From an uncultured Gammaproteobacteria bacterium (GTDB lineage Bacteria; Patescibacteriota; Microgenomatia; Levybacterales; GWA1-39-11): a stretch of 64,000 nt of DNA. The position numbers and the translations under genes are program-made. The stretch is from positions 17,608 through 81,607 of the forward strand of contig CAZEEU010000002.1 of the NCBI GenBank assembly GCA_964511305.1, given 5' to 3'. Below are positions 18,019 through 26,764 of this stretch, one piece after another. The notes below the pieces were generated by a model. The model saw only the letters and a list, made by a program, of their open reading frames with translations, did not search any database and was not told the DNA's origin. Position 1 is the stretch's first letter; each line of letters opens with the position of its first letter.

Positions 18019-20151
18019 TCAAGTGGAGAGGTAGCATAATGCAGCAATCGCTGCCCCCTTAAGACAAGCGTTTTCCTTCATGTTTTTTGTGTATATAAGC
18101 TGAGATGAACCTTCTACATTTCGCGCCAAATATTGCTCCAACCTCTCTTTGTATCCTGCCACATTGAATACTCCACCATGGAAAACGACAGCTGTTTTTT
18201 GTGGGTTTTCAAATAATCCAAACGTGTTGCCAATACCTTTTACTACAATAGCAGTCATTCGCGCTGACTCATCGTAAAGAGTAATTGCCCTTGCATCTCC
18301 CTTTTGCGCCAATGTGTTAATTTCGTGTCCGCTAGCTCTTTCCCCACTTAATTTCTCGTACATTTTTTCTATACCCGCTTTTCCTGATGCCACCATTTCT
18401 ACGCACGGATTTTGATTTTCAAATACTCCGCATGGATCCGTAATTCCATGGACATTCAAATCTTCAGACAGGCTGATATGCCCTGGTTCTAAAGCTAGTA
18501 TTTTTCCCTGATGTAGTAATGCGCCACCAAATCCACTTCCAGATATTATATAGAGAACCGACTCAACCTCAGGGTATTTCGAAAGCGCCTCAATTGCTCC
18601 GGCTTTAAGTCCCGCAACAGCATCATTGTCAACCACAGGTTGAGCAAATAATTTAGCAAAATCACTTTGATACATTGCCTCAAATTCGTTCCCAAACTCT
18701 TGAACATTTGGACCCATATGAAGTACTGTTCCATTCAGTGGCCCCGCGACAGAAAGACCAACTTTAAGATTTTTATCAAGAGCTTTACTTGCAACATCTT
18801 CCAAAAATTGAAGGTAACCTTTTCCATAGTCTCCTTTATTCATCATAATCTCACTAGAAGTAATTACTTTCCCGTCATCTACTGCAAAAATTTGAGCTGC
18901 AATTTTGTCTCCACCCAAATCTATTGCATATACCTGCTTACCATTTGAATCCAATAAATCTTTTTGCACTTTACGAACATCAAATTCGCTAAGCTCTTTT
19001 ATGTGAAGAGCATCTCTAGATATTAGATTTAACTGTGAATCGGAAAAAGGTAGAAGGTCAGGGCTCGTTAGATATTCATTTTCTTCGACAACCATACTTT
19101 GGCCACGCTCCATCTCATAAAGAGCAACTATAAAAAGAGATTCAGACCAGCCTAATGGCGTATTATCGTTATAATCAGGAGAGTTTGAAAAATATAACTC
19201 AGGAATTCCACTTGAAGTATCTGCAGCAATAAGATCCTTTATATATTCAAAAGCTTTTTCCTTCTCTCCCCTTTTTTGATAAATAATGGAGAGCCATGCA
19301 AGACCAAAAGTCCACTCGGCCTCTTCACTTACAGTATCCACGTTCTTATTGTAATAGGCATCCCCTTTATATCGAATAACTCCCCGCTCTCGCAAAAGGT
19401 GGTATTCAACATTAGTCAGTATCTCCTCTGTTTCTTCAGGTGTTGTTACGTTGTATGGCCAAATAAGTGAAAGTAGGGATAAATCTACAAACTTTCTAGC
19501 GGATTCTCGGGGCAATAAATCTCGCAACGCCTGCTTCCCATTCTCAATTAGCTCTTTTGGCACAGTAATTTTTTCAAGCCTATTGATCGACTCAAGACCT
19601 GCAACGCATGCACCGACAGAGGACGCATGAAGCTCCTCATCCTCTTCCCACATTCCGCTATCTCGATCTTTCCAATACTCGATTGCACCAAGATACTTTA
19701 CGAGCTTATTAACTATCCTAACATGGTCTTCGTCCTTAAGTATTACTCTCTTGTGATGCTTCTCAAGCTCTCCAATTCTAAAAAGAATGCATCCAATTGC
19801 GTCATTCTGCTTATTACCCCACGACTCCCAAAATTCATCAAATGTAGTTGGGTGGAATCGTGCATGGATATACTGATACGATTCTGTTGGTTTATTTTCG
19901 ATAGCCCAATCGATTTTTGCTTCATGCTTTACAAGTATTTCAAGAATTGCAGCGTATGTATTTTCAACAGTTGCCCAATCATTAATTACCTCAAAGGCAA
20001 TAGTCTCGTAGAAATTATCACGAAGCCAGGACTTGTCATAACCGGTACTTACCGTACGATCTGCTGCAGCAAAAAGCCCAGAATCATACTGAAGGGATCT
20101 TAAAATCTCCAAATGTTTGTCTATTAGTTGTTGATAGGAAAGACGAGCCAT
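18019..20151 (-). CDS. fusion protein: GH15-like (glucoamylase/glucodextranase-type) (alpha/alpha)6 domain plus C-terminal ROK-family sugar kinase
   Basis: N-terminal ~360 aa: SGLFAAADRTVSTGYDKSWLRDNFYE matches the GH15 'sGl.As.s....Y.y.W.RD' signature and six-hairpin pattern. C-terminal ~330 aa: ROK motifs LGGDKIAAQIF, ISGSGFGGALL, Zn-motif DPCGVFENQNPCVEMVASG. Confidence 0.6.
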   Translation of the reverse strand: MARLSYQQLIDKHLEILRSLQYDSGLFAAADRTVSTGYDKSWLRDNFYETIAFEVINDWATVENTYAAILEILVKHEAKIDWAIENKPTESYQYIHARFHPTTFDEFWESWGNKQNDAIGCILFRIGELEKHHKRVILKDEDHVRIVNKLVKYLGAIEYWKDRDSGMWEEDEELHASSVGACVAGLESINRLEKITVPKELIENGKQALRDLLPRESARKFVDLSLLSLIWPYNVTTPEETEEILTNVEYHLLRERGVIRYKGDAYYNKNVDTVSEEAEWTFGLAWLSIIYQKRGEKEKAFEYIKDLIAADTSSGIPELYFSNSPDYNDNTPLGWSESLFIVALYEMERGQSMVVEENEYLTSPDLLPFSDSQLNLISRDALHIKELSEFDVRKVQKDLLDSNGKQVYAIDLGGDKIAAQIFAVDDGKVITSSEIMMNKGDYGKGYLQFLEDVASKALDKNLKVGLSVAGPLNGTVLHMGPNVQEFGNEFEAMYQSDFAKLFAQPVVDNDAVAGLKAGAIEALSKYPEVESVLYIISGSGFGGALLHQGKILALEPGHISLSEDLNVHGITDPCGVFENQNPCVEMVASGKAGIEKMYEKLSGERASGHEINTLAQKGDARAITLYDESARMTAIVVKGIGNTFGLFENPQKTAVVFHGGVFNVAGYKERLEQYLARNVEGSSQLIYTKNMKENACLKGAAIAALCYLST

Positions 20152-20154
20152 AGA

Positions 20155-21396
20155 TTATACAAACAAACTACCAAATCCACCGACTAGTGCGCCGATTGTG
20201 ATTGCAACACCGCATGCTATAAGTAAAAAGTTCTGCAATCTAGTATTTTTATATTTACCCATTAGCTCCTTATCATTTACAAATTTATACAAGAAGAACA
20301 AAATTACCGGCAAAAATATACCGTTTAAAAAGTCTGCATACAGTGTAAATTTAAACAATGACACATTTGGGAAACTAACAACTAGAACCCCTAAAAGAAC
20401 TTGGATTATAAAGAACCCATAAAAAAGCCTACTCTTCGAAAAAGAGACGTCAAGACTCCCTTCGTAGCCAAAAAATTCCGAGAACGCATAAGCAGTCGCC
20501 AATGGCACAATGGCTGCTCCAATAAATCCTGCAACAATTAACCCCCCACCAAAAAGAACACCGGCAAGCTCTCCTGCAAAAGGCTTAATAGCTACAGCAG
20601 CATCAGCTGCCCCTTCAATTTTGAGGTCATTTGCAAAAACTGTCGCGGCAACTGCAACCATCATAAAAAGAGAGAAAAGATTAGTAAGAAATGCCCCTGC
20701 AAAAATTTCAGCACGATTATATTTGATCCTATCAATCGTTAGCTTCTTATCCTTAACGTAACTATTTATAAAGAATTGTCCCCATGCCGTAACTGTAGTT
20801 CCTAATACCGCGATCGAAGTATATAAGTAGTCAAATGATATTTTTGATTGAGGAACAATAACTGATTTTGCAACCAATCCCCAGTCGGGCTTTGCAAGAA
20901 CAGCAGATATAAAATAAGCAACATAAAAAACAATCAAAAAGAGAAAGAACTTCTCCACTTTTGCGTACGAAGCCTTTGTTATAAAAAAGAATAAGAATGC
21001 AATAACAACAGGAAGAAAAATCCATAAATTGAGGTTAAATAACGACAAACCATCTTTTAGCCCTCCTATATTTTGGATAATTACCCCAAAATTCACAAAA
21101 AATAGGAGTGAGAATATTAGCACACTCACGCGAATTCCAAATTTTTCGCGGATTAAATCCCCTAGACCTTTCCCGGTAACAATTGCCAGCCTACTTCCAA
21201 TTTCTTGTGTGATAATCAGTACGACAGTAATAGGAATAATCGTTGCTAACATTGAGTAGCCAAACTTGGAAGCGGCAACTGAATATGTCGCAACTCCTCC
21301 AGCATCATTATCAGCAAAAGCGGTTATAATTCCTGGCCCAACAACTGCCATGATGATCAGTATTTTAATTTTTGCTCTTTTTAAAAATTGTTTCAT
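20155..21396 (-). CDS. mntH: NRAMP-family divalent metal (Mn2+/Fe2+) transporter
   Basis: Nramp signature MAVVGPGIITAFADNDAGGVATYS (DPGN-type motif), ~11 TM helices. Start trimmed to the internal Met to reduce overlap with the upstream gene. The ORF could extend to 21441. Confidence 0.75.
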   Translation of the reverse strand: MKQFLKRAKIKILIIMAVVGPGIITAFADNDAGGVATYSVAASKFGYSMLATIIPITVVLIITQEIGSRLAIVTGKGLGDLIREKFGIRVSVLIFSLLFFVNFGVIIQNIGGLKDGLSLFNLNLWIFLPVVIAFLFFFITKASYAKVEKFFLFLIVFYVAYFISAVLAKPDWGLVAKSVIVPQSKISFDYLYTSIAVLGTTVTAWGQFFINSYVKDKKLTIDRIKYNRAEIFAGAFLTNLFSLFMMVAVAATVFANDLKIEGAADAAVAIKPFAGELAGVLFGGGLIVAGFIGAAIVPLATAYAFSEFFGYEGSLDVSFSKSRLFYGFFIIQVLLGVLVVSFPNVSLFKFTLYADFLNGIFLPVILFFLYKFVNDKELMGKYKNTRLQNFLLIACGVAITIGALVGGFGSLFV

Positions 21397-21403
21397 GTAA
21401 TTA

Positions 21404-22621
21404 TCATAATTTTCGCTCAATATCTTCAACCATATCATCAAATTTCACGACACCGATCATCTTTCTATTATCCTCAATTACTGGTAACGCATACAGTTTG
21501 TATTTCAGCATCCTCTTCAAAGCAATTTCCTGTGGTGTCGTAAGATGGGCAACAACAACATCCTGCTCCATGAATTTAAAAAGTTGCACATCAGACTCTT
21601 GCTTAAGAATATCTGCAAGACTCACAACCCCAACTAAATGTTTTTCGCTATTGTGTGTGTATATATATGAGGCAAATGGTGATTCGGGCAACAATGTCTT
21701 TATTTCGGAGAGTGCCTGTGAAGCGGTTAGCTCGGAATTAATTGTAATAAAGTCAGGATTTAAAAGCTTTCCTACCGACGTCTTTGAATACTTAATAAGC
21801 TCTTTTAGCTCTTCTCTTTTTTTTGCCTCAAGCCCTTCTAGTATTTCGATTCTCTTTTCTCGAGGAAGTGTTAAGAGAATATCAACAGCTTCATCTGGCT
21901 CGAGAATGTCAATGAGTCTTGTTGCCTGCTCTGTCGGAAATCTTTTAAAAAGCGCGGTCTGATAATTTACGTTAAGGTCTTCAATAACATCAGCGGCATA
22001 TGAAGCGTCAAGACCGACAATAATTTTATTAACATTTTTGATATTTGTCTTTTCCAGATAGTCAGCCAGATCTTCTGGCCTCATCCTTTCAAGATCAGAA
22101 ATATCTTTCTTCAGTTGAATGGTACCGCGAGCAAGCTCAAGTGGCTCAATATCTCCCCAAGATAAAAAGTGAGGATGAGAAAAAATATTTAAAGCTTTAT
22201 ATATGGGCACTGTTGGCTTCTCAAGCTTGAACCATCTCAAGATTGCTCTAAATCCGACATCAACTCCTGCGATATAGTATTCCGAATTATTGTCTTTATC
22301 TTGGATAGCAATATCATTTACCCTTACAACTTTTCCACCTTTAACATCAATTATCTGTCTATTTAATAAATTTTTTGCAAGTGAAAATTCTCTTTCGGCA
22401 ACGTCTTTCTCGACATAATCCGCATTTACTACAACGTTTTTGTCGATCTTAACAAGATCCTTTATTACTATGGCAAATGTTTTTCTCTTGCCTTTTTTTA
22501 TAAAAAGTTTTGTTACTTTTGGGGATTCTTCAGCAAGAAATAGAAAGTCTTTTAGTGTCCCAATCTGCTTATTATTGGTATTAACAACTTTCTTATTAAC
22601 GAGCTCTGAAAAATAATACAT
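21404..22621 (-). CDS. soluble MgtE-N plus CBS-pair protein with N-terminal PRC-barrel-like segment (no transmembrane domain)
   Basis: MgtE intracellular N-domain pattern (acidic helical bundle, DEAVDILLTLPREKRIEILEGL) followed by two CBS motifs. No TM helices, so this is not a complete MgtE channel. Confidence 0.6.
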   Translation of the reverse strand: MYYFSELVNKKVVNTNNKQIGTLKDFLFLAEESPKVTKLFIKKGKRKTFAIVIKDLVKIDKNVVVNADYVEKDVAEREFSLAKNLLNRQIIDVKGGKVVRVNDIAIQDKDNNSEYYIAGVDVGFRAILRWFKLEKPTVPIYKALNIFSHPHFLSWGDIEPLELARGTIQLKKDISDLERMRPEDLADYLEKTNIKNVNKIIVGLDASYAADVIEDLNVNYQTALFKRFPTEQATRLIDILEPDEAVDILLTLPREKRIEILEGLEAKKREELKELIKYSKTSVGKLLNPDFITINSELTASQALSEIKTLLPESPFASYIYTHNSEKHLVGVVSLADILKQESDVQLFKFMEQDVVVAHLTTPQEIALKRMLKYKLYALPVIEDNRKMIGVVKFDDMVEDIERKL

Positions 22622-22914
22622 ACGGGCAGCAAATGAACCACGCTTTCATGCGCTTAATTCATTGTATGATCAGTGAAAAAGTGAAGTCAAGAAGAAGAAA
22701 ACTAAATTACAGTCGTATCAAGTGATTGGGGAAAAACTGCACAACTTCAAGTGCATAACAACCGCTTGAGAAGAGTTACTGGAAAGGCTTAGCGTGATAG
22801 AGATACCAAAACCTATTTAAGAATAATGAATTTCTATCAACTCGTCAAGGAATTTCAATTATCGTGCTTTTGAAATTCTTTCCTCACTTTTTACCAAGAA
22901 AGTTATCTAGCGTC

Positions 22915-23421
22915 TCACTTACCCTGTAACCATTCGTTTTGATTTGCCACCATCAAAGGAAATTCTTTTCTATAAGAGCTATATCTTTCTGCTAATTCAG
23001 GGTTACTCGAAGCTAACATTTCCACAGCAAGTAGTGCTCCATTGTCTGCTCGTCCTATTCCCACAAAGGTCAGTGGGATAGGAACCTCAGGTTTCAATGT
23101 GGTAGGAAAGATGGCCAAAGCAAGCAGATTATTAAAACCATTGGATTTTTCTGTTGCAAGAGGGACCCCAATAACCATTTTTACGTTTTTTGATGCTAGC
23201 AGTACTGGTAATACAGGGTCTTGGCCAGCAGCGGCAATAATTACTCCAACGCCTGAGTCCATCTTCTGTAAAAATTCCGGTTCATAATGTATAACTTCGT
23301 GCGTTACTCCAAAATCATTCAGTACCTTAACAGCACCTGACATGCCCTCCAAATCCTCAGACCCTCCCACTACTACTCTTACAGTAGAATCTTCCATTCC
23401 TTCTTTTCTTAAACCTTCCAT
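22915..23421 (-). CDS. PurE-like (AIR carboxylase fold) protein lacking canonical catalytic motifs
   Basis: Collinear with PurE: RVVVGGSEDL...GVIIAAAG...VIGVPL...IGRADNGALLAVEMLA. The SAHR(T)P and GGAAHLPG motifs are replaced by IHYEPEF and AGQDPVLP. Confidence 0.55.
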   Translation of the reverse strand: MEGLRKEGMEDSTVRVVVGGSEDLEGMSGAVKVLNDFGVTHEVIHYEPEFLQKMDSGVGVIIAAAGQDPVLPVLLASKNVKMVIGVPLATEKSNGFNNLLALAIFPTTLKPEVPIPLTFVGIGRADNGALLAVEMLASSNPELAERYSSYRKEFPLMVANQNEWLQGK

Positions 23422-23711
23422 CCCATATGTATTGCCATATCTAACTCATAATTGTCTGAAATTTCGATTACTCTCCCATTAAAACCATCGGGCTTAAATT
23501 TACCATTGATACGATACTCTCTTGGATTAACAATTTCTGTGTGGATTTTATGTTCTTTTGCTCGTTCTAGTGCGAGTGCGTTTGGATTACTGGAAACAAC
23601 AACTGGGACAATAACACCTAATCTATCTACCTTCCGAGCCGAAAGAGGACCAGATTCCATTGTAGTTCCGTCGCCCGAAACAAATATACCTGCGTTCTTT
23701 TCATACGGCAT
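23409..23711 (-). CDS. formyltransferase (PurN/Fmt N-terminal)-like fragment, 100 aa
   Basis: IFVSGDGTTMES...ALERAKEHKIHTEI resembles the N-terminal nucleotide-binding half of PurN/Fmt. The protein ends before the catalytic His/Asp region and overlaps the PurE-like gene by 13 nt. Confidence 0.3.
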   Translation of the reverse strand: MPYEKNAGIFVSGDGTTMESGPLSARKVDRLGVIVPVVVSSNPNALALERAKEHKIHTEIVNPREYRINGKFKPDGFNGRVIEISDNYELDMAIHMGWKV

Positions 23712-23772
23712 TTAAACTAGATATTACCAAACATAGTTACAAAAACAAGAGAGAAAGGATATACTTACATAT

Positions 23773-24261
23773 GTGAAATTACATGAGGATTACCTTCGAT
23801 CTCTAATGTTTGGACTGCAGGACGGCATTGTCAGTACGACTGGCGTTGTAGTTGGTATTTCAACTGGAGTATCAAGCAAACCAATTATCGTTCTTGCTGC
23901 ACTCGTTGCTGTTATGGTAGAGGCAACATCAATGGCTGCCGGACAATACACTTCTGAAAAAGCCGTACATCAAATGGATAAAACTGGAAAGCATACTGAT
24001 AGTTTGATGATAGGCGCAGTTATAATGTTCTTTTCTTACTTAGTTGGAGGAATGTTTTCGATCATACCAACGCTTCTCTTCAGACAGCCGGAGGCCCGAA
24101 TAATTGCCATAATGTCATCTTTCGTTGGACTATTCTTAATTGGATATTTGAAGGGTTATCTTGTCGAACATAAGCCGCTACGAAGTGCCATTGAACTCTT
24201 TATAATTGGCTCAATTGCAACAACAATTGGTCTTATCGTTGGCCACTTCCTAAAAGTCTAA
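23773..24261 (+). CDS. VIT1/CCC1-family membrane protein (iron/manganese transporter-like)
   Basis: Motif LMFGLQDGIVSTTGVVVGIS...AAG.Y.S typical of the VIT family. 162 aa with 3-4 TM helices. Confidence 0.5.
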   Translation: MKLHEDYLRSLMFGLQDGIVSTTGVVVGISTGVSSKPIIVLAALVAVMVEATSMAAGQYTSEKAVHQMDKTGKHTDSLMIGAVIMFFSYLVGGMFSIIPTLLFRQPEARIIAIMSSFVGLFLIGYLKGYLVEHKPLRSAIELFIIGSIATTIGLIVGHFLKV

Positions 24262-24504
24262 CTAATTGGTTAATCCAAGAGCTTTTAGGGCTTCTTTTGG
24301 GGTATGATAAGTTCTATTCGGAGGTAGAACCTGAACAAGAGTCATTACGTTTATGTTAGCTCCCTGACTTGCAACCTTCTTAAAAATTTCCTCTTTAGTC
24401 GCTGGGTAATTTACGATCGAAAGGTATCTTTGAACGTCACTTAAATTTTCAAAAACACTGGTTCCCTTTCCTGTTCCCACTGATATTCTTGTATTGCGTA
24501 CATT
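24262..24504 (-). CDS. DUF2795 family small protein
   Basis: ...YLSIVNYPATKEEIFKKVASQGANINVMTLVQVLPPNRTYHTPKEALKALG matches the DUF2795 pattern (Y.....YPA.K..L...A...GA...V...L..LP...Y.....V..A). Start placed at the internal Met. Confidence 0.55.
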   Translation of the reverse strand, partial: NVRNTRISVGTGKGTSVFENLSDVQRYLSIVNYPATKEEIFKKVASQGANINVMTLVQVLPPNRTYHTPKEALKALGLTN

Positions 24505-24774
24505 CATAATTACTAATGTAGTCTTTAAGAATGAAAGCACAACTAAAGAATGGTAAGGAATCAATAAAAAGAGTTACAATATATAAAGAATGAAAGGACT
24601 TAAATTCTCACTGCTTCAACTTATAATTTGTGTTTGCTTGATATTATTTATTGCATTTGTACTTATCAATGCATATAAACCCTCTGTTTCACCTACTGTT
24701 GCACCACAAGATCCGGTTGTTACTATTCCATTTCAACAGATTAAAGTTAAGTGATTGGTGATTGGTGGATAGAA

Positions 24775-25170
24775 TTAGATAGCAGAAGCTTGATGTGTTG
24801 AGGTTGAGGTTCTTACAGCTTTTTGTTTTCCTGCTTCGCTTTTCGAATTCAATGAATTCTTGTGTGCTTGGCCCCATTTATGCATTGTTTCAAGAACTGG
24901 CAAAAGAGTTCTACCATACGGTGTCATTGAGTATTCCACTTTAGGAGGGACTTGGGGATAAACTTTTCTTGATATAAGCCCATCTTTTTCAAGCTCCCTC
25001 AGCTGCTCAGTTAGCATTTTTTGAGTTATATGAATTATATTTCTTTGAAGCTCAGAAAATCTGAGAGTCTGGTCAACCAATAAAAACATGATCAAAGGCT
25101 TCCATTTTCCACCCATTGCTTCCAGAGTCACTTTTACTGAAGAACATCCTACCGATATTGGTTTTGTCAT
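24775..25170 (-). CDS. HxlR-family transcriptional regulator
   Basis: HxlR-type winged helix: C..V..TLEAMGGKW...I...L......RFSEL.R.I..IT.KML...LREL...GLI.R..Y...PPKVEY..T..G. Start at the internal Met just downstream of the tandem-repeat array. Confidence 0.7.
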   Translation of the reverse strand: MTKPISVGCSSVKVTLEAMGGKWKPLIMFLLVDQTLRFSELQRNIIHITQKMLTEQLRELEKDGLISRKVYPQVPPKVEYSMTPYGRTLLPVLETMHKWGQAHKNSLNSKSEAGKQKAVRTSTSTHQASAI

Positions 25171-25194
25171 ATTTTGATTATTAAAAACGTAACT

Positions 25195-25380
25195 TAGCGT
25201 AAACGAAGTTTGCGCCAAGCTCTGCTTAGCGTAGCTCTGCTTAGCGTATACGAAGTTTGCGCCAAGCTCTGCTTAGCGTAGCTCTGCTTAGCGTATACGA
25301 AGTTTGCGCCAAGCTCTGCTTAGCGTAAACGAAGTTTGCGCCAAGCTCTGCTTAGCGTAGCCAAGCTCTGCGTAGCCAAG
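25195..25380. repeat. tandem direct repeats (~50-bp period; 35-bp and 15-bp subunits), about 3.5 copies
   Basis: Unit TAGCGTA(A/T)ACGAAGTTTGCGCCAAGCTCTGCT alternates with TAGCGTAGCTCTGCT. Read directly from the sequence. Lies in the divergent promoter region between the HxlR gene and the 25522 gene. Confidence 0.85.
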
Positions 25381-25521
25381 ACTTTTTTTGGTACTTAATT
25401 AATATTGCAAGAAAGGCTTAAATAAAGCTGAATACATACTTAGTTTCCTTTTTGATAGTATAGCACATTATTGTGGGTACTTGTTGATTTACAACTAAGT
25501 CCCTATAGTATACGGTAGGCT

Positions 25522-26145
25522 ATGAAAAATGACAAATACACTACTCTTGCAACCTCATTTGTAATTGATACAACTATCGCTGCACTCAAGAAAAACAACA
25601 TATCCGCTATGGTTGTTGATACAGAGGAAGAGGCAATCACACAGGCAACCAGCCTCATTCCTGAAGGGTCTGAGGTTATGACAGCAACTTCAAAAACTCT
25701 TGAAAAACTTGGTCTTGATACCCTTTTCAATGACTCGGGAAAATATAATTCAATTAAATCTCAACTTAAAAAGCTTAATAGGGAACATGATGGATTGAAA
25801 ATGCAAAAACTAGGCGCTGCGCCCGAATACGTAATTGGAAGTGTTCATGCTGTAACCAAAGATGGAAAAATAGTTATTGCCTCAGGATCTGGAAGCCAAC
25901 TACCGTCGTACTCATATAGTGCACCGAATGTTATATGGATTGTCTCAACAAAAAAGATAGTAAGCGATGTTGAAGAAGGCCTTGATAGGATTTATCAGCA
26001 TATTCTTCCTCTTGAAGACGAAAGAATGAAAGAGGTTTATGGACCTGAGTCAGGCAGTACTCCTCGCAAAATCTTGATAATCAACTCTGAATTGAACCCA
26101 AAAAGGATAAATATAGTCTTCGTTAAGAAAAATCTAGGATTTTAA
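25522..26145 (+). CDS. LUD-domain protein (LutC/YkgG-like, DUF162)
   Basis: Size, secondary-structure pattern and the C-terminal GS..GS..S...AP..IW motif resemble lactate-utilisation LutC-family proteins. Confidence 0.5.
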   Translation: MKNDKYTTLATSFVIDTTIAALKKNNISAMVVDTEEEAITQATSLIPEGSEVMTATSKTLEKLGLDTLFNDSGKYNSIKSQLKKLNREHDGLKMQKLGAAPEYVIGSVHAVTKDGKIVIASGSGSQLPSYSYSAPNVIWIVSTKKIVSDVEEGLDRIYQHILPLEDERMKEVYGPESGSTPRKILIINSELNPKRINIVFVKKNLGF

Positions 26146-26153
26146 TTGGCGTC

Positions 26154-26726
26154 TTGACTTCCTTACTTAAAATACGTACCATAAATCCCATGTCTGATGA
26201 AATGTGTCCTAAGTGTGGAAGCCCACTTGGAGAAATAACAACAACCCCTACCGGAAAGAAATTACAACGCTGCACAAATGGATCCTGGGATAAAGAAACA
26301 AGAAAAAATGTTGGCTGTGATTTTGTTAAGTGGCTTGAAGTAGAGCCAGAGACTTTGGATGAAAAATGTCCAAAATGTGGATCCCCTCTCACTCTAATTG
26401 TGACTCGGTTTGGCAAAAAAATGAAGAAATGTTCTACCAATCAATGGGACAAGGATACAAAAAAAGCTAGTGGATGTGACTTCGTCGAATGGATCAATGG
26501 CACAACAGAACCTCTCGATGAAGATTGCCCTACTTGTGGCAATAAGCTAGTTCTCTATACAACAGCAGCTGGTAAGAAGATGAAAAAATGCTCAACCAGC
26601 GGTTGGGATTCAAAGGCAAGAAAAGCAACTGGATGTGCATATGTCGAATGGCTCAAGGCTGGAGAATATACAAAAAACGAAGACCACGGTGGCGAAGAGT
26701 TCCTTCCACCAGACCCTAATGAATAG
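26154..26726 (+). CDS. triple topoisomerase-IA-type C4 zinc-ribbon protein (YrdD-like)
   Basis: Three ~60-aa repeats of CPxCGSPL....G(K)K..KC......W........GC.FV.W, the zf-C4_Topoisom pattern. The true start is probably MSDEMCPKCG at 26190. Confidence 0.55.
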   Translation: MTSLLKIRTINPMSDEMCPKCGSPLGEITTTPTGKKLQRCTNGSWDKETRKNVGCDFVKWLEVEPETLDEKCPKCGSPLTLIVTRFGKKMKKCSTNQWDKDTKKASGCDFVEWINGTTEPLDEDCPTCGNKLVLYTTAAGKKMKKCSTSGWDSKARKATGCAYVEWLKAGEYTKNEDHGGEEFLPPDPNE

Positions 26727-26764
26727 CTAAGCTTTCATTCGAATTTATTAATCCCTCAAGAATC

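Noticed and set aside
22622-22914. Confident call of an M-box or Mn riboswitch in the NRAMP/MgtE-N leader.
   Set aside because: I cannot recognise the conserved M-box or yybP-ykoY cores by eye. It is kept only as a hypothesis to test with covariance models, not as a feature.
25195-25380. Possible CRISPR array at the 50-bp tandem repeats (and likewise at the 70-bp repeats 62671..62937).
   Set aside because: The repeats are contiguous with no unique spacer sequences, the units are longer than typical CRISPR repeats, and there are no cas genes in the window.
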